Positions 51,220 to 62,448 of a stretch of 64,000 nt of DNA are shown in pieces; positions within the stretch are counted from its first letter, which is position 1, and the number at the start of each line of letters is the position of its first letter. This DNA is from an uncultured Mycoplasmatota bacterium (lineage in GTDB: Bacteria; Bacillota_I; Bacilli_A; RF39; UBA660): NCBI GenBank assembly GCA_900550255.1, contig URQZ01000002.1, positions 2,248 through 66,247 of the forward strand, in the 5' to 3' direction. The position numbers and the translations under genes were made by a program. Under the pieces are notes generated by a model. That model worked only from the letters and a program-made list of their open reading frames with translations, did no database searches and was not told where the DNA came from.

Positions 51220-52272
51220 TTATTTTAGTCTATATTTTAATTCACCCATTCTAGAAGTAGGAACATACCCAGCTTCAGCACTAATTACATCTTCAATTCT
51301 ATTTACAATAGCCGAACAAGTAAGTTCTACGGTTGAAGGTCTTTCAATAATCAAATTAGTATTAGGTTCACCATAAACAGTCCAATTATTGCAATCGAAA
51401 TCATCTTTAGAATAAACCTTTCCAATACATTCACTTTCAATAACAATACCCTCTTCTGTTTGTGTTGTTACAACAGCACTCATTCCTGTTGCTTGACCAG
51501 CTTTAACAGTCATATCTAAAGTACTTGATTCAATATCTTCATCATGAGTTATAGGAACACATTTTTGAACTTGACTAGTAACATGAAGTCCTAATTTATC
51601 ACATAACCATCCATTAGTATTCCACATATAACTTGGTAAAAATTCACCTTTATTAATTAATTCTTGTCTTTCTTCTTCACTAATATTATCAGCACTTGCA
51701 ACTTCTGTTTCAAATTCATCTAAAGTTAAACCTGCTCCATGTGCTTTAGCAAGAGCAATACCATAATCTTCAACATTATAAGAACTGCTTCCTTTTATTT
51801 TAGTTATTTTATGAGTTGTTCCAGCTAAAGTTGAAATCAAATTTCCCCAGAAAGCATCTTGATAACCACTTCCTGTAATTGTACAATTATTTTCTTTAGC
51901 AAGCTTATCAATTTTTTCAGTTAAAACTGGAGAAGAATTAAATGGATAAAAAGCTTCCTCACAAGTTGTAATAGCATTTATTCCAAGTCTTGCACATAAA
52001 AGTAATGCATCTTTTACATCATTCATTAAACTCATAGTTGTAATAATACAAATATCTGGTTTTACTTCTTTTAATAAGTTTTCTGCCTCTGATACTGATG
52101 ATATTTTAACACCAACATTATCACATTCTATTACTTCACTTACATCTTTACCAATAACAGCAGGATTAATATCGATTGCACCTACTAATTCATAACCATT
52201 TTCCATAACATAACGCATTGTGTATTTGGACATTTTTCCACATCCATATTGAACTACTTTAATCATTCTCAT
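51220..52272 (-). CDS. DapB-N-like NAD(P)-dependent dehydrogenase (amine dehydrogenase / 2,4-diaminopentanoate dehydrogenase-like family)
   Basis: N-terminal KVVQYGCGKMSKYTMRY Rossmann fold. 350 aa. Confidence 0.45.
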   Translation of the reverse strand: MRMIKVVQYGCGKMSKYTMRYVMENGYELVGAIDINPAVIGKDVSEVIECDNVGVKISSVSEAENLLKEVKPDICIITTMSLMNDVKDALLLCARLGINAITTCEEAFYPFNSSPVLTEKIDKLAKENNCTITGSGYQDAFWGNLISTLAGTTHKITKIKGSSSYNVEDYGIALAKAHGAGLTLDEFETEVASADNISEEERQELINKGEFLPSYMWNTNGWLCDKLGLHVTSQVQKCVPITHDEDIESSTLDMTVKAGQATGMSAVVTTQTEEGIVIESECIGKVYSKDDFDCNNWTVYGEPNTNLIIERPSTVELTCSAIVNRIEDVISAEAGYVPTSRMGELKYRLK

Positions 52273-52351
52273 ACCTTCTTTCTAGAATAAATATAACATG
52301 TTTTAAAGTTAAAAAAAAGTCATAATTTAAATTATGACAAAAACTTTACAA

Positions 52352-53311
52352 CTATTTAATTAAAAAGTTTAATTCATCTAATGTTATCCCCGTAATTTCT
52401 ATAATCGTTTCTTTATCAAATCCTTTATTTAACATATTTTGAACAATCATTAACTGATTATTTTTTTTACCCTCCTGAAATCCTTTTTCTATTCCTTTTT
52501 CTATTCCTTCTTTTATTCCCTTTTTCATGCCTTCTTTCATGCCCTTTTTCAAACCTTTTTCCATACCTCTTTCAGTTCCTATTTTTTCAGCATATAAAAT
52601 CTTACTATTCCAAACTTTTCTGTCAACAGCTTCGGCATCATATAATCCTATAATTTTATCATCTTTACTAATCTCTTCTAATTTATTAACAGCCTTAGTC
52701 ATAACATCATCACCTTTTTTTAGATTTTCTAAGTGTTCAAAATCCTCTTCAATAAAAATTTGACACATTTTTTCTAGTTCACTTAACTTATCATTATTGT
52801 AACACTTATTTCTTAAATATTCTAGGTCTAAATGATATGATTCTCTATTTTCCTCTTCTATTTCTTTTGTTTCAATTTCCATAGGTAAAAATTTATATAC
52901 AAATTTATTACCTCTAAACTTACTAAAATTATCTATGTTTATTCCAATTATTTTACTTATATTTGTATAACTATCACCAACATCAAATTGATCACTATAT
53001 AATTTACTAATATAAGCATTATTTTTACTAAATAAACCATCATAATATTCACGATTCATCTCAATATTAATAATATTTTTAACAATTGTTATAATAATAT
53101 CTGTTCTATATCTTTTATCACTTTTATTCTTAACCGGTAATTCAACATTATTAAAAACAGCATTCTTCAAAATTTCTTTTTCTGGTATTTTAGTTATTAA
53201 ACTTATTAATCTAGCCGTGTACTCCTTTGTATCCTCACTTAACATAAAGCTTTTAAAAACAATATCGCTTGTTAGTTCTAAAATTTTAACTTTTTCTAAC
53301 ATTTTTATCAC
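52352..53311 (-). mobile_element. Rpn-family recombination-promoting nuclease / PD-(D/E)XK transposase-like protein
   Basis: C-terminal GMEKGLKKGMKEGMKKGIKEGIEKGIEKG repeats followed by ...ITGITLDELNFLIK, which is characteristic of this family. Confidence 0.65.
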
Positions 53312-53380
53312 CTCTCTTTACTATTCTCTTTTTCTTTTTAAAACACCTTTAAAAAACAAAAAAAACTTCAAATTGAAGTT

Positions 53381-54037
53381 TTAAACATCCTCTTTTTTAA
53401 AGAAAATAACAGTTATAATAATTATTAGTCCAAATAGTAACAAAGCAAATGGAATTAAAGTCATAAATCCTACACCATTCCAAACATCAACAATTCCTGT
53501 TGAATCACTAGCATATCCATATAAATAGTAAATATACATTCCAATTAAAGCAATTAATATTCCACTTACGATACCTGTAATCTTATAAAATTTACTATCA
53601 TTATCTTTATAATGATTTAAAAGACGATTAATAAGTCCAAAAACAGCTATAATCGTAAATATTAAACCTGCTGTTATATATTTAACTCCACCACCAAGTT
53701 CAATAAGAACAGCTTTTTCAGGAGCTTTTTCATCATACTTGATTTTTCGTTGTGTACCTAAAGCAGGTAATTTTGTAACCTTATTTTTTCCTTCAACAAA
53801 ATAAGTATGTTTATCTACTACATATGAATATGTAAGTGAATAGCTAACTGGATCTGTAGATGTATCCATATCATATTTCATAAAAAAGCCCATTGTTGGT
53901 TTATATCCCCTTGTATTTTTCATATCAGCAAAAAACTCACTATATCCCATATATAAGAAAAATAGTCCTATAATTAATAACATTATTAAAACTAATCTAA
54001 AAAAAGTATCCTTTTGCATATCATCACATCCTATCAT
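53381..54037 (-). CDS. hypothetical membrane protein (DUF3592-like)
   Basis: An N-terminal transmembrane segment, an extracellular region, then three C-terminal transmembrane segments. Confidence 0.35.
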   Translation of the reverse strand: MIGCDDMQKDTFFRLVLIMLLIIGLFFLYMGYSEFFADMKNTRGYKPTMGFFMKYDMDTSTDPVSYSLTYSYVVDKHTYFVEGKNKVTKLPALGTQRKIKYDEKAPEKAVLIELGGGVKYITAGLIFTIIAVFGLINRLLNHYKDNDSKFYKITGIVSGILIALIGMYIYYLYGYASDSTGIVDVWNGVGFMTLIPFALLLFGLIIIITVIFFKKEDV

Positions 54038-54079
54038 TATTATAAAATTTTAAGTAAAAAAAAGCAATGTTTTTAAACA

Positions 54080-54841
54080 CTACTTTACACTATTCAAAAT
54101 CATTTTGGGATTGTTATAAAAAATATCATTAACATATTCTTTATTATATCTTCTTTTTATTTTTTTATAAGCTTTTTTAAAAGTATAATAATTTCTTTCT
54201 TTGTTACAATGATTATCACTAGCCACAAAATCAATTAACTTTTTTCTTAATAGTTTTTTACTAAATTTATAAACTTTTCGATTTCTTCTTCTTAAAATAC
54301 TCTTAGCATCTAATTGTAACAAAATTCCTTCTTTTTTTAATGCCTTCATATATTTTAATTTATTGTATGAATGATATAATTCAGGATGGGCTAAAACAAC
54401 AACATATCCATTATCTATTAAATCTTCAAGACAACTTAAAATATCTTCAAAATCTCTATTTTCACTTCTTTTAAATTCAACTAAAATATAATTAGAATTA
54501 TTTAAAGAACTAATTTTACCACTCTTTAATAAATTAGGAATATCATGGTTATATAGTATTTCATTTCCAAAATATAAATCAATATCTAATTTTTTTCCAT
54601 ATTCTTTTAAAATGTCAAAATTAGTTTTAATTTTATTTAATCTATCATTTTGACCATGACAAATATGTGAAGTACAAATAATTTTTTTAAGACCAATTCT
54701 ATGAGCAATTATTAATTCTCTTAAGCTCTGTTCTAAGTTTTTTGCTCCATCATCAACTTCATTAATAAGATGACAATGAATATCAATATATTTTTCTCTA
54801 CTCTTTGTAGTCTGAGTAGTAGTAGTTATATTTGTAGCCAT
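54080..54841 (-). CDS. cpsB: manganese-dependent protein-tyrosine phosphatase, PHP family (CpsB/YwqE)
   Basis: IDIHCHLINEVDDG PHP motif. The start is placed at an internal Met to reduce the 68-nt overlap with the upstream gene. Confidence 0.85.
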   Translation of the reverse strand: MATNITTTTQTTKSREKYIDIHCHLINEVDDGAKNLEQSLRELIIAHRIGLKKIICTSHICHGQNDRLNKIKTNFDILKEYGKKLDIDLYFGNEILYNHDIPNLLKSGKISSLNNSNYILVEFKRSENRDFEDILSCLEDLIDNGYVVVLAHPELYHSYNKLKYMKALKKEGILLQLDAKSILRRRNRKVYKFSKKLLRKKLIDFVASDNHCNKERNYYTFKKAYKKIKRRYNKEYVNDIFYNNPKMILNSVK

Positions 54842-56204
54842 ATAATTTCTTTTGTTGTTTAACATTTACTTTCGTAAGAATAGCACCAAGAACAAAAGCT
54901 TTATTATTTTGAAGTTGTTCAATACAACTACTTACAACTTGATAATCTGTACGATCAGCTTCAATTACATAAATAGTTCCATCACATAATTTTGAAACAA
55001 TGATACCATCAGCCATTACAGAAATGGGAGGACAATCAATTAAAACTAAATCATAATCTTTTTTTACTTCTTCAACTAAAAGTGCGAAACGTTTACTATT
55101 AACAAGTTCTGATGGATTTGATATTTTGCTTCCAGCTGAAAGTAAATCAATTTTTACATCATGAACCCCTGTATCAAAAGTTTGAACAACTTCTTTATAA
55201 TTTTTAGTTCCTTTAGATAAAATAACATCTGTTATTCCTTCTTTACGATTTAATCCAAAAGAACGATGAACTTTAGGTTTTCTTAAATCACAATCCATAA
55301 CTAATACCCTTTTACCAAGCATAGCAAAAGATACAGCTGTATTAGTTAAAGTTTCTGTTTTTCCTTCACTTGGTAACGTAGACGTTACATTAACAACTTT
55401 TAAATCCATAAAATTAAGATTAGTTCTAATCATTCTAATTGATTCAGAAATAACACTATTTGGTTCATTAATAATCTTTAAGTAAACATTACTACGTGGC
55501 ATAGTATAATTTTTATTCTTTTTACCTGTTTCATAATCAATTGAATTATGTGGTACAACTCCTAAAGTTTTAATTTTCAAATACTTTTTAACATCATCAT
55601 GATTTTTAATTTTATGGTTATTTGCTTCAATTATAAAAGCTAGTGCGACACCAACAATTGTACCTAATGCAAGTCCAATTACAGAATTTAATGTCTCACG
55701 TGGTAAAACTGGTTCTTTATTAAGAACGGCTTTATCAACTATTTGAATATTATCTACATTCATTGAATCTTTTACTTCTTCAATAAATACAATTGCAATA
55801 TTATTTGTAATATCACGAGCAAGTTTAGGTGTTTCAGCTAAAACAGATATTTCAATTATTTCTGTATCATCTACTGCTGTGACATCTAAATTTTTAATAA
55901 AATCTTTATATTTAATATCTAAGTTTAAATTTCTTTTTACTTTATTTAAAATACGACGACTTTGAATAATTTGTTTATATGTTTTAACCATTTTTTGATT
56001 ACTTAATATTCCTTCGTAATCAACACCACCAGCTGATACTCTAGGTTGAACATATAAAGTTGTTGTACTTTCATATTTTATCGGTGCGGAATAATTATAA
56101 AACATAGCACTCCCAAGTCCGATAACAGCAAAAAACAATATCAATAAAATCCATTTAAAAATAGTTCCAAAAATATATGAAAAATCAAATTCCTTCTCTT
56201 CCAT
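54798..56204 (-). CDS. fused polysaccharide co-polymerase (Wzz/CpsC) and BY-tyrosine kinase (CpsD)
   Basis: Two transmembrane segments flank a periplasmic domain. Then Walker A SEGKTETLTN, DCDLRKP and Walker B LVLIDCPP. The C-terminal tail YGYKYNYYYSDYKE is Tyr-rich. Confidence 0.8.
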   Translation of the reverse strand: MEEKEFDFSYIFGTIFKWILLILFFAVIGLGSAMFYNYSAPIKYESTTTLYVQPRVSAGGVDYEGILSNQKMVKTYKQIIQSRRILNKVKRNLNLDIKYKDFIKNLDVTAVDDTEIIEISVLAETPKLARDITNNIAIVFIEEVKDSMNVDNIQIVDKAVLNKEPVLPRETLNSVIGLALGTIVGVALAFIIEANNHKIKNHDDVKKYLKIKTLGVVPHNSIDYETGKKNKNYTMPRSNVYLKIINEPNSVISESIRMIRTNLNFMDLKVVNVTSTLPSEGKTETLTNTAVSFAMLGKRVLVMDCDLRKPKVHRSFGLNRKEGITDVILSKGTKNYKEVVQTFDTGVHDVKIDLLSAGSKISNPSELVNSKRFALLVEEVKKDYDLVLIDCPPISVMADGIIVSKLCDGTIYVIEADRTDYQVVSSCIEQLQNNKAFVLGAILTKVNVKQQKKLYGYKYNYYYSDYKE

Positions 56205-56221
56205 AATAATCCCCCTTTATT

Positions 56222-57301
56222 TTATATCTCTTCTTTTATTATAAATCGATATAAATATTTTGTTTGAAAATAAAATTTATCTAACTTATTTTCTAGTAAT
56301 GTATGACAATATTTATACATTAAACGATTATGACTTTTTAATTCAGAAAAATCATTTTTTAATAAGATTTTTTTTATTTCTTTTACCTTTTTACAATCCA
56401 TAACTTCATTCATGTAATTTAAAAGCTCTTTTTTACTTAAATTAGAATATTTAATTAAATTATTTAACATCATTGATAAATAATAAAACATTTTAATTGA
56501 AGCCATTTTCTTATAATATTTTTTATCTTTTATATTAAAATCTTTAACTGATTTATAAAGTTCATAATAAACATAAATAGTATCTTCTACTTTTTTCTTT
56601 AATATATCTGCATCTTTTGAATGCGTTAATCCTTCCAAATTATCATTATAAACATATAATTCATCTGGAATAAATAGAAATGATTTCATTTCCTTGTAAA
56701 TTTTTAAATTACAAGCAAGATCTTCACGATAATTAAGCGCGGACTCAATCTTATTTACATTTTTCATAACACCACGTTTTTTAATAAGTTGACGACATAT
56801 TGAATCACAATGTGATGTTTTATAAAGTAAATCAAAAAATTGTGGTTCTAGGTGCTCCATATGCATAACAACATTTCGATTTAAAATATTTTTAGGTGTT
56901 ACAATTTTATTATTCTTAATCATTTTATATTGACAATGAACAATATCAACATTATATTCTTTTAAATTATTATACATAATTTCAATTGTATCTTTTAAAA
57001 TATAATCATCACTATCAACATACATTAAATATTTACCACGGGCCTTTTTATAACCTTCTAATCGTGATAAATAAGTTCCCTTATTCTCATGTTCAATTAA
57101 AGTAATACGACTATCTCTTTTCATTTTTCTTTTAATTAAGCTATTACTTAAATCAGTTGATCCATCATCAATAACTATTACTTCAATATTTTGATATGTT
57201 TGATTCAAAATTGAATTTAAACATTTTGTCACATATTTTTGTGTATTATAAACGAGTACAATTATACTTATTAGATCTGGTTCTAATTCTTTCTTTTTCA
57301 T
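56222..57301 (-). CDS. family 2 glycosyltransferase
   Basis: ISIIVLVYNTQKYV...VIVIDDGSTD...YVDSDD. Confidence 0.85.
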   Translation of the reverse strand: MKKKELEPDLISIIVLVYNTQKYVTKCLNSILNQTYQNIEVIVIDDGSTDLSNSLIKRKMKRDSRITLIEHENKGTYLSRLEGYKKARGKYLMYVDSDDYILKDTIEIMYNNLKEYNVDIVHCQYKMIKNNKIVTPKNILNRNVVMHMEHLEPQFFDLLYKTSHCDSICRQLIKKRGVMKNVNKIESALNYREDLACNLKIYKEMKSFLFIPDELYVYNDNLEGLTHSKDADILKKKVEDTIYVYYELYKSVKDFNIKDKKYYKKMASIKMFYYLSMMLNNLIKYSNLSKKELLNYMNEVMDCKKVKEIKKILLKNDFSELKSHNRLMYKYCHTLLENKLDKFYFQTKYLYRFIIKEEI

Positions 57302-57339
57302 AAATCCCCCTAATTGACCTCTTATTATACGATTTTTTT

Positions 57340-58743
57340 TTATTTTGTCAAATCGACGATTTTATTATGAGCATTAGTAACGGTTGTATAATCTGGTTGC
57401 ATAACATATAATCTTCGACTTCCCATACTATAAGTTGGCATAGATGCTCCCGTTCCGTCTAAACTAATTGATTCTACTTCAAAATTAGTACGTTCTTCTA
57501 TTTGTTTTTTAAATAGATTTGTTATTTCATCATATTGCATATTTGTTTCAAAAGTTTGATCTAAAGAATTTAAAATTTCTTTATATTTCAATAAGTACTT
57601 TAAGTTATTCATTTTAGTAATCATGGCACTAATAATTGCTTGTTGATTCTCTCCACGATGACGATCACCTGTTTCATAAACTTTACGTTCACGAGCAAAA
57701 GCTAAAGCCATTTTTCCATCCATGTGATTAACACCTTCATAAATTTTTAAGCTCTTATTTGTCCAAGGTGTGAAAGTACGATCGGAATAAACATCAATAC
57801 CATCTAATAGATCAATACTTTTAGTTAGGGTTGAAAAGTTAAGTCTAATATAGTAATTAATATCTATATCAAGCAAATCTTCTATTGTTTTCATACTCAT
57901 ATCAACACCATATATTCCAGCATGTGTTAGTTTATCTTTATAACCAATTGAATTTAAGGTAACATAGTAATCTCTTGGAATAAAGACAAGTAGTATTTTA
58001 GCTTCTTTTGGATTAACTACAGCTAAAATATTTACATCACTCCTAGAAGTTGTTGAAATACTTCCATATGTATCAATACCACTTATATAAATAATAAAAG
58101 GATTTGTTTTTACATCAACTTTATCACTGTTTTTTTTCTTTTCTACTTTTATTTTATATTTAGCAATTATTTTAGTATTATCTAAATCTTCATATTCATC
58201 TTTTAGTAATTTATAATATGAATCTTCTAATACAACAGCATCTGTTTTTTGATTTACAATACTACGTGTCAATGTCGCAACATCTGTTTTATTTGAAACA
58301 AATTCTATATCTTCATTAATTTGTTCTTTTAGTTCTTCATAATATTCATCATTTTCTAACGAACTAATTTGTTTTCCTTCTAAATCATAAATATCTTTAT
58401 AACTTGAATTTGTATGAACGATTACATCATAATTTTTATATTCATATTCTTTAGAAACTAAATTATTTATAAAGTTATAAGTCGCATTTATATAACTTGT
58501 AACAATAATAAAAATTATACTGAATATAAAAGCTATAATATTAGTGATAATTTTCTTTTTAGGTTTTACTTTTTGATTAAGTAAAAAATACAAAAGAGTA
58601 ATAACGATAACAAAAGTTGGTATGATTATTAGTGCGAAATACTTAGTGGGCAAAATGTTTAACTTAAATAACATAAAAGTTAAAAAAGTAAAACATAAAA
58701 TTAATAAAATACTATTTATAATGTTTATGATTTTTAATTTCAT
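57340..58743 (-). CDS. LCP (LytR-CpsA-Psr) family polymer-to-peptidoglycan transferase
   Basis: IIYISGIDT...LVFIPRDYYV core, preceded by N-terminal transmembrane segments. Confidence 0.85.
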   Translation of the reverse strand: MKLKIINIINSILLILCFTFLTFMLFKLNILPTKYFALIIIPTFVIVITLLYFLLNQKVKPKKKIITNIIAFIFSIIFIIVTSYINATYNFINNLVSKEYEYKNYDVIVHTNSSYKDIYDLEGKQISSLENDEYYEELKEQINEDIEFVSNKTDVATLTRSIVNQKTDAVVLEDSYYKLLKDEYEDLDNTKIIAKYKIKVEKKKNSDKVDVKTNPFIIYISGIDTYGSISTTSRSDVNILAVVNPKEAKILLVFIPRDYYVTLNSIGYKDKLTHAGIYGVDMSMKTIEDLLDIDINYYIRLNFSTLTKSIDLLDGIDVYSDRTFTPWTNKSLKIYEGVNHMDGKMALAFARERKVYETGDRHRGENQQAIISAMITKMNNLKYLLKYKEILNSLDQTFETNMQYDEITNLFKKQIEERTNFEVESISLDGTGASMPTYSMGSRRLYVMQPDYTTVTNAHNKIVDLTK

Positions 58744-60260
58744 AATGATCTTTCCTTTCTTAAATTACTAAAAATAGTTTTAATTTTCTTAAATTCTTCT
58801 GTTTTTCTAAAACAAATAATATATAAAATAATTGGTATAATAAGACAAATTATTAATTTTATAATAAGATTAACCATTTCATTAATATTAACTAAATTAC
58901 ATAAAGTTAATGTAACTAAATAACTAATAATTGTTACTAAAACATATTTAAATACCCTTTTAAAATAATCCATTATTGACGTTTTAAAATAATGTTTATA
59001 TAAAACATACGGTTCAATCCAAATAGATGTTGTAAGTGTACTTATAACGGTTCCAAGAAAAATACCTAAAAGACCTAAATACTTAGCTAAAATGATTGAA
59101 CTAACTAAATTAATAATTGACTCAATAACAGGTTTATACTTATCTTCCTTAAAAAAACCAAGTGCATCTTTATAAGTTAGACAAGTTTTTCTAATTCCCT
59201 TCAAATAGAAACATATTACTATTACTAAAACGATACTAAAATCAAAAACATATTTTTTACCTAACCATATTTTAATAAAAGGATTAAATAAAATAAGTAA
59301 ACATATGGATGATACTCCAAAAATAACAAAATTAATAAATAATGTAATATCAAAAGTCTCTTTTACTTCACTGTTTTTTCTAGTTGCTCCTAAATTACCT
59401 ATACTAGCAACAATAGCATTAAAAAATTGAATAATAATAATTTCTAAAGCATTAATAATTAAATAATAATTAGAATAAAGTCCAACACTTACAAGTCCTA
59501 TAAATTTCGCAATCAAAATATTATCAGTTGAATTAATAACAACACCGCCAATTTTATGAAATAACATGGCATTTATATTTTGTTTTATTTTTTTAAGTTC
59601 CGTTGTTTTTAATTTTTCAACTTTTTTCTCCTTTAAATATGGATACATTTTATCTGCTTTAATTGATACAAATACATTTTCTAACCAAGTAAAAATAACT
59701 TGTACTATAAGAAATAAAAGATAGTTTTTAGTAATCAATAAAACAATAATTTGAACAACATTTAGTATAAAGTAAAATCCATATCGATAAATTGTTGCGA
59801 TATATCTTTTTTGATCTGATATAATTAAAGACCTCTTATATGAATAAAAATAAGAAACACTTGTATTTAATACAAAGAGAAAATAAATTAAATCAAGATT
59901 TTTAATATTTGGAACTTCATTTATTAAATAACGATAAAATGGTAAAGAAATAATTCCAAGAAGCATTATGATAATACCAATTAAAGTATAAGCTTTTTTA
60001 TAAAGAAGCATTAAACTTTTAATTTTTTCTTTATCATTTACAGCAAGCGGTTTATACAAACTATAAACAATAGCTGAGCCAACACCTAATTCAACAAGTG
60101 ATAGCATAGTTAGAATATTAGTAAAAAGGCTGTTAAGTCCTAAATACTCATCTGTTAGAATCTTTACAAAAACAATTCTACCTAAAAAACTAATAATAAG
60201 TCCAAATGCTTGTCCAAACAAAGCAAAAATTAAGTTTTTAATACTGTTTTTAGTTCGCAT
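58740..60260 (-). CDS. wzx: Wzx-type oligosaccharide flippase (polysaccharide biosynthesis protein, MOP superfamily)
   Basis: 506 aa with about 14 transmembrane segments. Confidence 0.75.
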   Translation of the reverse strand: MRTKNSIKNLIFALFGQAFGLIISFLGRIVFVKILTDEYLGLNSLFTNILTMLSLVELGVGSAIVYSLYKPLAVNDKEKIKSLMLLYKKAYTLIGIIIMLLGIISLPFYRYLINEVPNIKNLDLIYFLFVLNTSVSYFYSYKRSLIISDQKRYIATIYRYGFYFILNVVQIIVLLITKNYLLFLIVQVIFTWLENVFVSIKADKMYPYLKEKKVEKLKTTELKKIKQNINAMLFHKIGGVVINSTDNILIAKFIGLVSVGLYSNYYLIINALEIIIIQFFNAIVASIGNLGATRKNSEVKETFDITLFINFVIFGVSSICLLILFNPFIKIWLGKKYVFDFSIVLVIVICFYLKGIRKTCLTYKDALGFFKEDKYKPVIESIINLVSSIILAKYLGLLGIFLGTVISTLTTSIWIEPYVLYKHYFKTSIMDYFKRVFKYVLVTIISYLVTLTLCNLVNINEMVNLIIKLIICLIIPIILYIICFRKTEEFKKIKTIFSNLRKERSL

Positions 60261-60270
60261 AAAACACCTC

Positions 60271-61422
60271 CTATTCTTTTATTAAATATTTAATATTTGA
60301 AGCTAAAATAACAAGTAAGAATATTTTTTCAAACGAATAAACTTCTGTTAGCATCATAATCATAAAAATAAATATTATCCATGATATAAATTTAGTTAAT
60401 TTATAAGTTCGATATTTATTTAACTCTTTAATCATTAAATAAATTATTATAGCAAAAACAATTAAAAGTGCGATACCACCTAAATATAGAATTTCTAGTA
60501 TTTGATCATGAGCATGAACAGCTCCCCAAATATGATATTTATATTGTCTAATAATTCCTTCAAAATAACCACAACCTATATAAGGACTTTGTTTAATAAA
60601 GGTAATTGTTCGATCCCATATATGTGTTCTTCCTGTAAAAGTTAAATCTTTTTTTAAGACATCAACTATTAAATAAGAAAAATAATTTTGAATTCTTAAA
60701 ATAACTATTCCAAAGAAGGATATAAGATAAATTATAGTATAATTTTTGATATTGAAGAATTTAAATTTATTAATTAATCCTCTTGATATTAAATAAATAA
60801 AAAGTAATAAAATTCCAACTACCCCAGTTGCACTCCATCTTATTAAAACAGTTATTATAGATATAATAATTATAAAATAAGTTCTTAGCGTTAATCTTTT
60901 AAAATATAAATAAGAATAAATGACTGAAATTGTAATTCCAAGCATCAAATAAACAATATGACTATTATCAAAACCTAAAAACCAATTTTCTTTATATCCA
61001 CTAATAGGATTACTATACATTCCATCAGGAAACATAAAAATAGTAATTAAATTAGTTATTATTAAGATTTCAAAGATTAAAAGTAAGCTATTTAACAAAG
61101 CTTTTTTGTTATATCGTACTCCATAATCTACCAGTAGACATAAAACAATTGCTTGAATAGCATTTAAAATACAGCCTTTTAAATTTCCATCATTAATGAT
61201 AGTTGATAAAATTATAATTGCTTCAAATATTGTAATATAAATAATTATTTTTGATATTTTTCTTTTTCTAAAAACTAAAAAAGCTGTAATTACGGCACTT
61301 ATAATTTGACAAATATTATAAATGCTACTAATCATCTCAGATACTACTCCAAAATAAGGTGGTTTAAAAAACGGTACAAGAAGTAAAAAATATAGAATAG
61401 TATAAAATGTTGTTTTTTTCAT
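60271..61422 (-). CDS. Wzy-like polymerase / O-antigen ligase-family membrane protein
   Basis: 383 aa with about 10 transmembrane segments and a larger loop in the C-terminal half. Confidence 0.5.
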   Translation of the reverse strand: MKKTTFYTILYFLLLVPFFKPPYFGVVSEMISSIYNICQIISAVITAFLVFRKRKISKIIIYITIFEAIIILSTIINDGNLKGCILNAIQAIVLCLLVDYGVRYNKKALLNSLLLIFEILIITNLITIFMFPDGMYSNPISGYKENWFLGFDNSHIVYLMLGITISVIYSYLYFKRLTLRTYFIIIISIITVLIRWSATGVVGILLLFIYLISRGLINKFKFFNIKNYTIIYLISFFGIVILRIQNYFSYLIVDVLKKDLTFTGRTHIWDRTITFIKQSPYIGCGYFEGIIRQYKYHIWGAVHAHDQILEILYLGGIALLIVFAIIIYLMIKELNKYRTYKLTKFISWIIFIFMIMMLTEVYSFEKIFLLVILASNIKYLIKE

Positions 61423-61425
61423 AAC

Positions 61426-62448
61426 TCACCTTCTTTTTTGTTTAATATATTTTTCAACATAATTTGTAATTATGATTAAAGTTACTGCTTTAAAGCGTGC
61501 TAGATTCGCATAAATCCTTAACTTTTTTCTAGCACCTTTATTTTTAGAAACACATCTAATAGGTACTTCATATTCACTACTTTCAATTAATTTTTTAATT
61601 TTTGTTCTTTTTTCTTTATAACTTAAATTTGCTTCTTTATTACATATATATAAATCTAAAACAAAGCAAAAGTTATTGATCATTCTGATATATAATGAAT
61701 CAAAGTATTTTTCATCATTAATATGATTACTATAAAGTTTTGATACTTCGTCATAAATTATTTTATTAATATCAATTATTTGGTCATTACATTTTCTTGT
61801 AGCTGAAGTTTGTAAAACACTATAATGATATAAATATTCATTTAGAAATTTAATTTTAGTTGTTTTATCAAATAATTGATAATAAAATAAACAATCTTCA
61901 AAAACAGCTTTTTTATTTTCCATTAAAAACTTAATTTTAGATTTATCTAAAAAACTTTTTTTAACTATTTTATTCCAAGTAAAACCTACCCCCTTTAAAT
62001 TTACATTATGGGTGGGATTTAAAATAGAAGCTTGCAATTCATAAACATCATACTTAGTTTTTATTTCAAAATTATAGTCATTATTTTTTTTAAGATTACT
62101 ATAAAAATTAAATATTAAAATATCATTATTACCTATGTTTTTTATAAGCATTTCACAAGTATTTAATTCAATATAATCATCAGGATCAACGAACATAATA
62201 TAGTCGCCACTAGCTAATTCTAGACCTTTATTTCTAGCACAAGATACGCCTTTGTTAGAACTATTTATCAATTTAATTCTTTTATCTATTTTAGCGTACT
62301 TAGAAGAAATATCACCACTTAAATCAGTTGATCCATCATTAATTAGAATTATTTCAATATTTGAATATGTTTGATTGATTAAACTATCTAGACATCTTTT
62401 TAAATATGATTCAACATTATATATTGGTACTATTATGCTTATCTTCAT
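61426..62448 (-). CDS. family 2 glycosyltransferase
   Basis: KISIIVPIYNVESYL...ILINDGSTD...FVDPDD. Confidence 0.85.
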   Translation of the reverse strand: MKISIIVPIYNVESYLKRCLDSLINQTYSNIEIILINDGSTDLSGDISSKYAKIDKRIKLINSSNKGVSCARNKGLELASGDYIMFVDPDDYIELNTCEMLIKNIGNNDILIFNFYSNLKKNNDYNFEIKTKYDVYELQASILNPTHNVNLKGVGFTWNKIVKKSFLDKSKIKFLMENKKAVFEDCLFYYQLFDKTTKIKFLNEYLYHYSVLQTSATRKCNDQIIDINKIIYDEVSKLYSNHINDEKYFDSLYIRMINNFCFVLDLYICNKEANLSYKEKRTKIKKLIESSEYEVPIRCVSKNKGARKKLRIYANLARFKAVTLIIITNYVEKYIKQKRR

